Source: Candidatus Thorarchaeota archaeon | Lineage (GTDB): Archaea; Asgardarchaeota; Thorarchaeia; Thorarchaeales; Thorarchaeaceae | DNA: 64,000 nucleotides | Direction of reading: 5' to 3' | Assembly (NCBI GenBank): GCA_004524445.1 | Contig: SDNP01000001.1 | Span: 1 to 64,000, forward strand | Part shown: in pieces, positions 39,172 through 48,766 of the stretch | Layout of the letters: the number at the start of each line of letters is the position of its first letter | Position numbering within the stretch: the first letter of the stretch is position 1 | Program-made: the position numbers and the translations under genes | Notes under the pieces: model-generated | Databases searched by the model: none | What the model was told of the DNA's origin: nothing | Seen by the model: the letters and a program-made list of their open reading frames with translations, nothing else

Positions 39172-39382
39172 ATTTTCGCCTCAATATCCTCTAGGAATCA
39201 ACCCATAAATAAAGCAGATGGAAGCATCATTTCTGATGGTTTTGATTTTTCTCTGTCAGAGATGGTTTATACTGGGAGATACATGGCTACCATAATGAGG
39301 GGAACCCCTGGAAGGGGCAACGATAATCCTTCCGAATGGACAATGGTTCTCATCTCTATCTGCATGAACTCAGAACTCGGTT

Positions 39383-40765
39383 TCATTTGATATTGAGAGC
39401 TGCTCTTCTGACAATTTTGGAAAGAGAGGGGTGAATGTAAATCGAATCTCTCAGTGTCTGATAATTATTGTTGCCGCTGTATATGACATTGATAATTGAC
39501 TGCATGAGGATTGAAGCATGAGGTCCTATTATCGTGGCTCCCAGTATCCTATCGGTTCTCCTATCGACGATAATCCTACAGAATCCTTTAGGCTTCCCCA
39601 TTGCCTCTCCCATCACCACATGGGCGTATTCTTCTGTTCCGATGGCAAGCTCGTCATATTTCCCTTGAGCCTCCCTCAAAGTCATTCCAACTCTTGCTAC
39701 CTCTGGCTTGGTGAATAGTGCAAGAGGGATTGAGGAATAGTCCATTGCAATCAAATCACTCCTGCTCTCCAGAACTCTCTTAATATTCATCCATGCAATC
39801 CGGTTTTCTTCATCTGCAACATGCTTGAACATTGGATTCCCTGTTGCATCGCCAGTTGCCCAAATACGTTCCTTTGATGTTCGCATATACTCATCAACGA
39901 TAATGAACCCGTTGTCATTCGTTTTCACTCCAGTTTTCTCTGGTTGGGTGATGTCGGAACTCGGAGTTCTTCCCGTTGCTATCAGGATTGTATCACCCAT
40001 TAATTCTATTTCATCATTAGTTTCCATATCTCTGGCAATGACCTTCTTTGTTTCTCCATTGTGCAGTAGTTGCTTGGCTTCAAAGCCAGTGTATATCTGC
40101 ACTCGTTTTGACAACTCATTCTTGAGAAGCTGACATACATCACGGTCCTCACTCTTGATAAGGTGAGGGCTTCGTCCGATGATAGTCACATCAGTACCGA
40201 TTGCTGAGAAGAAATGTGCATATTCCACACCGATGTATCCCCCTCCAATGATGATTAGTTTGTTAGGCTGCTGCTTCAATTCAAGTAGAGTCCGATTTGT
40301 GAGGTAATCGACTTCCTCTATTCCATCAATTGGTGGTATTGACGGTCTTGCGCCGGTTGCGATGACTATCTGATCTGCTGTTAGAATTTCATCATTTACT
40401 TCCAGCTGATAATCATCAATAAAGACGCCTCTTCCTTCATAAAGGTCATAGCCCTCCTTTTCCCTGATACTATTCGTCTTAGCGGTGACAACTCTCTGAC
40501 GTCTGGCACGTATCCTTTCCATGAGTTGAGAGAAACGTACCTCTTGCAGACTCAACGATATATCTATTCTCTCGGCCTTTTGGGCATCCCGAATAACATC
40601 TGCTGGATGGATAAGCATCTTGCTTGGAACGCAACCCTCATTCACGCAGGTACCTAGGAGCGCGTCTTTCTCTATCAGGGCAGTATCAAGCCCGTTTTCG
40701 TGAGCCTTCTCTGCGATTTTATTGGCTGCTCCTCCTCCGACAACTAGAAGGTCATATTCTTTCAT
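39383..40765 (-). CDS. Pyridine nucleotide-disulfide oxidoreductase (dihydrolipoamide dehydrogenase/mycothione reductase-like)
   Basis: GTCVNEGCVPSK, IIGGGYIGVE, GDATG, IHPSLS. Confidence 0.9.
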   Translation of the reverse strand: MKEYDLLVVGGGAANKIAEKAHENGLDTALIEKDALLGTCVNEGCVPSKMLIHPADVIRDAQKAERIDISLSLQEVRFSQLMERIRARRQRVVTAKTNSIREKEGYDLYEGRGVFIDDYQLEVNDEILTADQIVIATGARPSIPPIDGIEEVDYLTNRTLLELKQQPNKLIIIGGGYIGVEYAHFFSAIGTDVTIIGRSPHLIKSEDRDVCQLLKNELSKRVQIYTGFEAKQLLHNGETKKVIARDMETNDEIELMGDTILIATGRTPSSDITQPEKTGVKTNDNGFIIVDEYMRTSKERIWATGDATGNPMFKHVADEENRIAWMNIKRVLESRSDLIAMDYSSIPLALFTKPEVARVGMTLREAQGKYDELAIGTEEYAHVVMGEAMGKPKGFCRIIVDRRTDRILGATIIGPHASILMQSIINVIYSGNNNYQTLRDSIYIHPSLSKIVRRAALNIK

Positions 40766-41004
40766 GGCAATTTTGAATGGTACCTACATGAGATAAAAAC
40801 CTGGGCTTGACACCAACAGAGGAATCTCTCTTCTTTACTGGCAGATATGAGGCCATTTGGGAACAAAATTCGATATTCTCCAGCTAATACGATATTTCTT
40901 AGCTTCATGCCCTTAAGTTGTTGAGTGCTGATTGCTATCTGAGTCCTTTGACTTTCACAACATCAACCAATCCAAAGAAACTCTCTGAACGCCAAATCAG
41001 AGAG

Positions 41005-41163
41005 ATGATTCATTGGTGTCCCGTCTGTGGGGCCTCTTGGAAAAAAGGGTCTCTCAAATGTAATAATGACCACTGTGGAGTTAAAATGAGGATTGAACCA
41101 CGTGCTTTGAATTGGTGGCTGTTCTATCCGTCCTGCAACGGTTGGGCTAAGCTGAAGGAATAG
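41005..41163 (+). CDS. Putative small zinc-ribbon protein
   Basis: MIHWCPVCG...CNNDHCG. Confidence 0.4.
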   Translation: MIHWCPVCGASWKKGSLKCNNDHCGVKMRIEPRALNWWLFYPSCNGWAKLKE

Positions 41164-41296
41164 ATAGGAAAAAGCACCATCAAGATATGCGTGCGAATGA
41201 AGAGCCGTAAAAAGCGAATTCTTAAGAGCCACAACTTCATTTCGCTAATCATTGATGTGTAATGGTCCCTATTCATAAAGGGGGAAATGCTGAGTC

Positions 41297-41800
41297 TTGG
41301 AGGATTTGTATGTGGATCAGGTATTGGTGAGATATTGCACAACCACTGGTATCGAGAATACAAGAAGAATCAGTATAAATGAAACCACAATAAACCTGGA
41401 CCTTAGAGATATCAAGTCCATTGACCTCTTACCCTTGATTTGGTGTTCGAAGCTACGCAAGCTCAGCCTTAGATGCAATCAAATCACAGATGTCAATTTG
41501 TCTCCTTTATCAAAATGTAAAAATCTTGAGAGTCTTCTGCTATCGAACAATCTTTTGGAAGAGATAGATTTCGACCCCCTCAGCGAATGTCCCCACCTAC
41601 AAGAGATTGATATAAGGAATAATAACATCCGCTCTGTTGATCTCTCTCCACTCTTTCATTGTTCTGAACTCACTAGTTTGAAGATGGACGAAGGCACTAC
41701 ACTGACAGCTGATCTCCTTCTCCGATCAATAGGAACATGGCCAGAGGTTTTGATAGACAAGTTTCATAAAATACTCTGGAAAGCTTCACCGGATGTCTAA
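41297..41800 (+). CDS. Leucine-rich repeat protein
   Basis: Repeated LxxLxLxxNxIxxxDLxPL units. Confidence 0.88.
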   Translation: MEDLYVDQVLVRYCTTTGIENTRRISINETTINLDLRDIKSIDLLPLIWCSKLRKLSLRCNQITDVNLSPLSKCKNLESLLLSNNLLEEIDFDPLSECPHLQEIDIRNNNIRSVDLSPLFHCSELTSLKMDEGTTLTADLLLRSIGTWPEVLIDKFHKILWKASPDV

Positions 41801-42816
41801 CTGTTCATTATCTCGATGGCTCCAATTTCTTCCATATCGCCCATCACTTCAAGGCCAGCACTCGTTCCAATGCCCTCATATTTTTTCTCCCATCCGCTTC
41901 CTTTTCTGCGATAGAAATTCACACCTATTTTCGCATCAAGACTCTCCTCTATCCTACCAGTCATCAACCCTTGAACGGGAGAATGTAGGGTTGCTGATTT
42001 CGTCTTTCTAGCCTGGATATCGATAGCATAATCTCTATCCACTACCGTGAAGGTCACTGAATCTTTTGTCACCATTGGTTGTGAGATTCGTGCACCTGTG
42101 TAGGTGGTGAATCTATAGATCTCTCCCTCGTAAAGCAATCCTATTAAGTAGCCCACAAAGGAGTTTCCTAACCAGGGAATATTGGCAATGGATGATGTGA
42201 AAGATATTCCCGTTTCGTCAAAATGATTAGACTGCATCCAAATCCAAGCACTAGGAAACTCTCTTCCGAAGTCCTTCTCAATATACCCTCTTCCTCCGGT
42301 AAAATCAACTTGTTTTCCATCTATCTCCAATCTTCCTTTGATTTCGTGGTCAAAACTAACGATTCCATGTAGCGTTTGCATTCTTGGGACAAATCTGAAG
42401 GGCCCCATCGCTCCTGGTGAGAAGAAGCTTACCGGCCAAGGTTTGATGTTTCCAAACCTAAGAATCCCTTTGACCTCCTGAGAGTCATTTTGCAAATGTA
42501 GCTTGATGCCATTCTGGCTGAATTGATTATCACCAACTTTTACTAAGAATTGTGATTTGGAGCTCCAAAATTCATCGATTCCATAGCTATGATACTCAGA
42601 ACTTGCATCACACCCATTCATAATCTGAACAAACGAATGACTATCTTCCCCAATCCCACCAAAGGAAACCCCTGGGATTATTGCAAATGCATTTTCTTCT
42701 GAGGCATCGACGATTTTGAAATACCATCCTTCAAAATATCTAGTCATGCTCATGGATCCCTGATACATCTCGGGTTTCCATATTGCGCGAAGCTGATGTC
42801 CTCTCAATCTGTTCAC
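41797..42816 (-). CDS. Tocopherol cyclase family protein
   Basis: YFEGWYFK, GAMGPF, HGIVS, GRGYIEKDFGREFPSAWIWMQSN, AGLE. Confidence 0.88.
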   Translation of the reverse strand: MNRLRGHQLRAIWKPEMYQGSMSMTRYFEGWYFKIVDASEENAFAIIPGVSFGGIGEDSHSFVQIMNGCDASSEYHSYGIDEFWSSKSQFLVKVGDNQFSQNGIKLHLQNDSQEVKGILRFGNIKPWPVSFFSPGAMGPFRFVPRMQTLHGIVSFDHEIKGRLEIDGKQVDFTGGRGYIEKDFGREFPSAWIWMQSNHFDETGISFTSSIANIPWLGNSFVGYLIGLLYEGEIYRFTTYTGARISQPMVTKDSVTFTVVDRDYAIDIQARKTKSATLHSPVQGLMTGRIEESLDAKIGVNFYRRKGSGWEKKYEGIGTSAGLEVMGDMEEIGAIEIMNS

Positions 42817-42900
42817 CTAGTGCTATACTCTGATAATAGCAATCGAGCATATGTGTTATTTGGAAGAGAATTGTAATAGCAGCTGCTCAGAAAGGAGCTA

Positions 42901-43713
42901 TTGAAGGTTATGAAAACTGGACTCATAAACAAACACGTGCTTATTACTGGAGCCTCTGGAGGCATCGGTATCCAGACAGTGAAATCACTTCTCAAAGAAA
43001 GATCCGAAGTATCTGCATGCTACCACACCAGAAGGCGTCAGCTGAATCAATTATCGGACAAATATCCGGATTCATTGAATTTGGTGAAGGCTGATGTGAA
43101 ACACGAAGATGAGGTAGCCGCTCTGTACGAATCCGCAGTATCTCGATTTGGAAGAGTGGATGTATCCATCGCAAATGCAGGTATTGCAAACGCGACTCCA
43201 GTTGGAATCCATGAAATGACGGTTGAGCAGTGGGACAATACACTCAGAGTGAATCTTCGAGGCGCCTTTCTGACAGCAAAATATTTCTTCAAGAATCTAG
43301 AGGATAATCCGGACGAAGATGCCTCGCTTATTTTAGTGGGATCCACTGCAGGGGTTTTTGGCGAGGCTTGGTTTGCCGACTATTCAACGTCAAAGGCTGG
43401 AATGACCGGTCTCATGATGAGTTTGAAAAATGAGATAGTTCAAATTGCACCACGCGGTCGGGTAAACATCGTAAACCCTGGTTGGACGTCAACCCCCATG
43501 GCTGAGGAAGCGCTTGAAGACAGAAACAGATTGTCCAGCATATTGCAGACAATTCCAATGAGGAAGGTGGCAACTCCAAGTGACATAACTAATGCAATAC
43601 TCTACTTGGCATCAGATACGCTCTCGGGTCATGTCAGTGGTCAGACCATAACGGTGGCTGGCGGAATGGAAGGCAGAGTCTTGTTCTCGAAGGAGGACGC
43701 GGTCCGGGATTAA
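42901..43713 (+). CDS. SDR family oxidoreductase
   Basis: TGASGGIG, ANAGI, YSTSK, NPGW. Confidence 0.92.
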   Translation: MKVMKTGLINKHVLITGASGGIGIQTVKSLLKERSEVSACYHTRRRQLNQLSDKYPDSLNLVKADVKHEDEVAALYESAVSRFGRVDVSIANAGIANATPVGIHEMTVEQWDNTLRVNLRGAFLTAKYFFKNLEDNPDEDASLILVGSTAGVFGEAWFADYSTSKAGMTGLMMSLKNEIVQIAPRGRVNIVNPGWTSTPMAEEALEDRNRLSSILQTIPMRKVATPSDITNAILYLASDTLSGHVSGQTITVAGGMEGRVLFSKEDAVRD

Positions 43714-43809
43714 CTCGCTGATTTGCATTTTTCAGACCTAGAACACAGTTTATATACCATATAATATATAGACTATCTACATGTTACATAACAACATATT
43801 GGTGATTTT

Positions 43810-44304
43810 ATGGCAAATCTACTCTTACTTGGCTTGATGAAATTCCTTCACGACCTCTTCACGGTTCTGTGGATTGGTGGCATGCTGACTCTCGGAGTTG
43901 TTGTATTACCTTCTCTACGCAATACACTGGGAAAGGGCCCCGAAATGAAGAATATCACTGAGGCTATCAGAATACGGCTAAGCCGTGTTGCTTTAGTTAG
44001 TATCGTGGGTCTATTTATCACGGGCGTTTTTATCAGCAATTCATCACCCCTATTTGGGGGTTATATTTCATTTAGCAACACCTATTCAATGCTCCTGGCA
44101 ATCAAACACATACTGATTGGAATCATGGTGGTGATTTCATTGATTCGGAACAAGTTACTATCCCGAATGACCCCAGAAACAATGCAAAAACAAGAAAAAT
44201 TGGGAACGGTCCTGCTGCTGTTGAATATTATTCTTGGTATTTCCGTTCTATTGCTCAGCGGTTATACTGCTGCTCTCAGTACCATAGAAGCTTTGCCGCG
44301 GTAG
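43810..44304 (+). CDS. CopD-like 4-TM membrane protein
   Basis: FLHDLFTVLWIGG, LLAIKH. Confidence 0.7.
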   Translation: MANLLLLGLMKFLHDLFTVLWIGGMLTLGVVVLPSLRNTLGKGPEMKNITEAIRIRLSRVALVSIVGLFITGVFISNSSPLFGGYISFSNTYSMLLAIKHILIGIMVVISLIRNKLLSRMTPETMQKQEKLGTVLLLLNIILGISVLLLSGYTAALSTIEALPR

Positions 44305-44381
44305 AATGGCAACTCTCAAGTGTGATAAAAAACAAGGAATCCTATACAAGCAGTAAATGTGTGAATAAGGAGAGCAAAAGA

Positions 44382-44741
44382 ATGACAGAATCTGATAGAA
44401 GTCCACTGGAACCATTGCCTCTTGTTAGAGCTCTCCTTCTCGCTTCCATTTGGCATAATCCTGACTCAACGGGTTATGACTTGATGGGGATAGTTTCAGA
44501 GTTCACGGATGAACGGGTTGAGCTAAAATCTGGAACAATATATGCAGAACTCCGTACTCTTGAAAGAGAAGGGCTTGTACAATCTATAAGAGAAGAAACT
44601 GGCCGGCGACGTAGATCCTACAGGATAACCAAAGAAGGAAGGGAGAATCTAATGCAACTGGCCGAAGAAATCAGATTCAGAACTGAACATATTCTAGGCC
44701 CACTTCTCTCTAAGGTGAACTCCTTGAAGACTGATCGCTAG
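44382..44741 (+). CDS. PadR family transcriptional regulator
   Basis: GYDL, GTIYAELRTLEREGLV, RRSYRITKEG. Confidence 0.9.
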   Translation: MTESDRSPLEPLPLVRALLLASIWHNPDSTGYDLMGIVSEFTDERVELKSGTIYAELRTLEREGLVQSIREETGRRRRSYRITKEGRENLMQLAEEIRFRTEHILGPLLSKVNSLKTDR

Positions 44742-44754
44742 AAGAGGGACTCAT

Positions 44755-45540
44755 ATGGACAAGTTGTCAGCTTTTGATTTATTCGCTAAATCTTATGATA
44801 GGTCAATTGATTGGAATGCCCGTTTGGAACATGAGATGCCCTTCATATTGGACTCGATTAAGAGTGAAAAAGCGTGCCGTGTCCTAGATATTGCATGTGG
44901 TACTGGACGTCATGCAATTGCGCTCTCAGCGGAGGGAATGAACGTCATTGGCTTGGACAACAGCAAGCAAATGATTGCTCAAGCACGAAAATATAGCAAA
45001 GAATACGGGCATCCAGTCAAGTTCATCCATGATGATATGACGAATTTGGCTAGTATATTTGATGAAGAATTCGATTTGATTATCTGCTTGGGCAATTCCT
45101 TATCCCTTCTACCTTCTCTGGAAACCGTTGAGAGAGTTCTAATTGATGCGGCGAGGCTTATTTCAGATGAGGGCTCGCTGGTCTTCCAAGTCCTTAACTT
45201 CGAGGCTATACGAAGAGCGCGCGATCGGTTCTTTCCTCTGAAGGGCGGGAAACTGGACGATGGCAAAGAGGTGATCTTTGCTCGCTTCTTTGAACATTTG
45301 AAGGAAACTGCAACTACTACCCTTGTATTGACGGCATTGATTGAAGCTAGTGAAAGCTGGAAGCCAATGGTATCTAGAAGACAGCTTATACAGATGGATA
45401 TGCCAACGACAATGAGTTTGCTCGAATCTGCTGGGCTTGGCGTCGTTGAAATCTATCAAGACTATGACAAATCCGATTTTAATCCAATAACATCAAGGAA
45501 TATTGTTGTCAGAGCCAGAAAAACACCCACGAAGAAATAG
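44755..45540 (+). CDS. Class I SAM-dependent methyltransferase
   Basis: VLDIACGTG, GLDNS, FDLIICLGNSL. Confidence 0.9.
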   Translation: MDKLSAFDLFAKSYDRSIDWNARLEHEMPFILDSIKSEKACRVLDIACGTGRHAIALSAEGMNVIGLDNSKQMIAQARKYSKEYGHPVKFIHDDMTNLASIFDEEFDLIICLGNSLSLLPSLETVERVLIDAARLISDEGSLVFQVLNFEAIRRARDRFFPLKGGKLDDGKEVIFARFFEHLKETATTTLVLTALIEASESWKPMVSRRQLIQMDMPTTMSLLESAGLGVVEIYQDYDKSDFNPITSRNIVVRARKTPTKK

Positions 45541-45544
45541 CCGG

Positions 45545-46135
45545 TTATCCGTTAATATCAGTGGGATGCTCGCCTACCAAAAGTCCATACCAAATACCTC
45601 TGTCTTTTTCCTCCAATATGATTAGGAACCAGAGTGCGCTCATTATGGTATTCAGAAGGGCATTGGCTAGAAGAAATCCTGTAGATTTGACACTCCCATC
45701 CAGCGCGAAGACGATAGCAAGCGGCCCCACTACAAGCAAAGGATCGACTATTGGCCAGAAAATGGGGTTATACCAATGATAGGTCACATCCAAGAGAAGA
45801 TGACTGAGTATGCCTATAATTGCAGATACTACCACAATGCCCGTGATTTTTGATTCCTCATTTGCTAGTTCCCGTTCTATTCCGAATATATTCGAAGCAA
45901 TTGGAGCATAGAGATATCGAACTGTGAGGAGTGATATGCCAAGTCCCAGAGTTAGGGCACCCAGTAGACTGTGAAGAATGAAATGATCCAAGAATACGCC
46001 GCGAAAGAAGAAAAATAATATGGGGACCTCTAAATCGGGGATGACCGCTCCAACCGCCATTGCAGGGAGGGAAAGACGCGAGTTTACACGCTTCAACAAA
46101 TAAGAAATCGGGTAGTGTAGCGGAGTGACTGGCAC
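45545..46135 (-). CDS. DUF4184/YdjM-like membrane metal-dependent hydrolase
   Basis: MPVTPLH, PDLE, HSL, SHLLLD. Confidence 0.75.
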   Translation of the reverse strand: MPVTPLHYPISYLLKRVNSRLSLPAMAVGAVIPDLEVPILFFFFRGVFLDHFILHSLLGALTLGLGISLLTVRYLYAPIASNIFGIERELANEESKITGIVVVSAIIGILSHLLLDVTYHWYNPIFWPIVDPLLVVGPLAIVFALDGSVKSTGFLLANALLNTIMSALWFLIILEEKDRGIWYGLLVGEHPTDING

Positions 46136-46235
46136 CTATTCATCTCACCTTGCTTATTGTCTATCAAGTTCCCTCAAATACCTTTCAATATTCTTATAGA
46201 TGGGATATTGTACCTCGTTTTTTGGTGTTTGAATA

Positions 46236-46754
46236 ATGGGACTTCATGAATTTGATGGCAAAACCCCACAAGCGGACCCCGATGCCTACATATCCCCACG
46301 AGCCTCTATTATCGGCGATGTCAAAATCGGTCCCGATAGCAGTATTTGGGAATTTGCTGTGCTGCGCGGAGATATGAATCATATCAGAATTGGGCGAGGA
46401 ACCTCTATTCAGGATAATGCAACTATTCATACTGAGTTCATGAATCCCACAGAGATTGGTGACTATGTTACAGCTGGTCACAACTGTGTGATTCATGGTG
46501 CCAAAATCGAGGACTATGTTGTCGTCGGTATTGGCTCTATTGTGTTGTCGGGTTCAAAAATAGGACATAATAGCGTGATTGGTGCGGGTGCTGTAGTTAC
46601 TGAGAATACCGAGATACCTCCCAACTCTCTCGTACTTGGAATTCCAGGTAAAGTTGTCAGAGAGGTACCGGAGGCCTTGAAGGAGTCGTTCAAGAATAAT
46701 GCCGAGCTCTACATCGAACTTGGTAGACAGCATAAGAAACTTCTAGATGACTAG
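46236..46754 (+). CDS. Gamma carbonic anhydrase family protein
   Basis: LRGD, IQDN..IH, GHNCVIHG hexapeptide repeats. Confidence 0.92.
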   Translation: MGLHEFDGKTPQADPDAYISPRASIIGDVKIGPDSSIWEFAVLRGDMNHIRIGRGTSIQDNATIHTEFMNPTEIGDYVTAGHNCVIHGAKIEDYVVVGIGSIVLSGSKIGHNSVIGAGAVVTENTEIPPNSLVLGIPGKVVREVPEALKESFKNNAELYIELGRQHKKLLDD

Positions 46755-46847
46755 ATAGAGCAATAGACGTTGTCAACAAATCTTACTCATCTCGCATATA
46801 GAGGTCCAGGTTTTTTGGTCATAAAAAAAGGAAATAGGCTGACCGAT

Positions 46848-48599
46848 TCAGTCAACCATTCCTCTCTTCTCAAGTTCCTGTTTTCGAAGCTCCCGTCTCA
46901 AGACTTTGCCGACTTGACTTAGCGGAAGTGAATCAACGATATCAACTTCTCGAGGCCTCTTGTATCCTGCCATCCGCTCCCGTGCCCACTCTATGAACTC
47001 CTCTGAACTAACATCGACATTATCCTTTGGTACAATGAATGCTTTTACATACTCATTGGATGGGTCGTCTTCACGTGGGACGCCAATGGCTGCAGCCATG
47101 GCTATCTTAGGATGTTCATAAAACACATCCTCAATCTCACGGGGGTATGCCTTCAATCCGCCTACGTTAATCATATCCTTTTTTCGATCCGAAATAACAA
47201 AGTACCCCTCGCTATCCATATGCCCAATGTCGCCAGTAAGGAAGAACCGTTTGCCTTCGAACTCTCGCATTACATTCTCAGTTTCTTCCGGTTTTCCGTA
47301 GTAACCCATCATGACTTGTGGTCCGTGTATGGCTATTTCTCCGGTTTCTCCGACGCTCAGTTCGCTTGTACCAGTATCAGCGTCAACAATCTTCGCTATT
47401 GTATCAGGCACTGGCAAACCAATGGAGCCAAATCGTCTATCACGCTTATTTGTCGGATTGATATGGGTGACTGGTGAGGTTTCACTGAGCCCGTAGCCCT
47501 CAAATAGGATGGCACCTGTGACATCCTCGAAGTTTTTCGCTAGCTCAGGTGGCAAAGGTGCCGCTCCAGAGCTGCATATTTTGATGGATGTCAAATCATA
47601 ATCATCTACGTGGGGGTGGTTAACAATCCCCGCGTACAACGCAGGAACACAATTGAGAATTGTCCCTCTATACTTCTCCAAGTCCCTGAGTAAATCAGAT
47701 AATGGAGGATCTCCCGCACGTGGGTCTGGAATGCAGACCAATTGACCTGCCAAGTACGTGCTCATCAACAGCGTAAGCGTCAGACCGTAGCTGTGGTACC
47801 AAGGAAGTGCACCAACGAAGACCTCCTCTCCATAGATAATCTTCTTCGGAGCGTCTATATCCTCTGGTGATAAATTCACCCATTCATTGATTTGAAGTAC
47901 GTTTGCAAGGAGATTCCTATGCCTGAGTGCTGCTCCTTTGGGCGTTCCAGTAGTACCTCCCGTATAGAGAATCAGTGCCAAATCATCTGGGTCTACCTCT
48001 ACATCGGGTGATTTTGCTTCATACTCGTCAATTATGTCATCATAGAAATACGTGATACTATCTTTGTAGTACGGACTCTTAGGGATTTTGCCCAAAAGAC
48101 CGCCAATGATACCCTTGAGTTTTGGTAGAAATCCCTTCACGCCGCATACAATCACAGTATCAACATCTGTGCCTTCTATAGCCTCGAAACAAGTGGGAGT
48201 GAACTTAGGATGATCCATTACAAATACTACGGTTGCCCCTGTGTCATTGAGTTGGTAGTTCAGTTCACGCGCTTTGTACATTGGATTGCAGGTGACAACG
48301 GTTGCTCCGGTCTTTAACGAACCAAAAAAGACTGGAGGGAAATGAGGAAGATTTGGTAGAAATAGCGCTACCTTATCATTAGGTCCTATTCCTTTGCTTG
48401 CTAAGAAATTAGCAATTTTGTCTGCACTTGCTTTCACTTCTGAAAACGTATGAGAAACTCCTGCCCAAACTGTATACGGTCTATCTCCACTCTCTTCTGC
48501 TGCTCTGTCAAGCATCGCAAACAATGGCTCATCCGGATACTCCAACTCCTTTCGAGCATCCTCCGGCCATCGATGTTTATGCCATAGATATTCTTTCAT
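46848..48599 (-). CDS. Long-chain fatty-acid--CoA ligase
   Basis: YTGGTTGTPKG, EGYGLSETSP, TGDIG, DRKKDMI, GKVLRR. Confidence 0.93.
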   Translation of the reverse strand: MKEYLWHKHRWPEDARKELEYPDEPLFAMLDRAAEESGDRPYTVWAGVSHTFSEVKASADKIANFLASKGIGPNDKVALFLPNLPHFPPVFFGSLKTGATVVTCNPMYKARELNYQLNDTGATVVFVMDHPKFTPTCFEAIEGTDVDTVIVCGVKGFLPKLKGIIGGLLGKIPKSPYYKDSITYFYDDIIDEYEAKSPDVEVDPDDLALILYTGGTTGTPKGAALRHRNLLANVLQINEWVNLSPEDIDAPKKIIYGEEVFVGALPWYHSYGLTLTLLMSTYLAGQLVCIPDPRAGDPPLSDLLRDLEKYRGTILNCVPALYAGIVNHPHVDDYDLTSIKICSSGAAPLPPELAKNFEDVTGAILFEGYGLSETSPVTHINPTNKRDRRFGSIGLPVPDTIAKIVDADTGTSELSVGETGEIAIHGPQVMMGYYGKPEETENVMREFEGKRFFLTGDIGHMDSEGYFVISDRKKDMINVGGLKAYPREIEDVFYEHPKIAMAAAIGVPREDDPSNEYVKAFIVPKDNVDVSSEEFIEWARERMAGYKRPREVDIVDSLPLSQVGKVLRRELRKQELEKRGMVD

Positions 48600-48766
48600 T
48601 TTTTATTCACGCCTTATCTCTTTTTTCCCGACTCAATACATCGAGATATCACTGCTCCATATATGCAGCATAGCAAATATGTCCTTCTACTAGCTGCAAA
48701 TTGCTCTTTTTGACACGATAGATATACATTCCATCTTACACAACAAATAAGACGGGAAAAAACCAT

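Noticed and set aside
39295-39345. Possible HDV-like ribozyme or SECIS (GGCAAC, CGAAUGGAC, AUGA...GA)
   Set aside because: No P2/P1.1 partner sequences for HDV topology; stem above AUGA too short for SECIS and no in-frame TGA selenoprotein seen nearby
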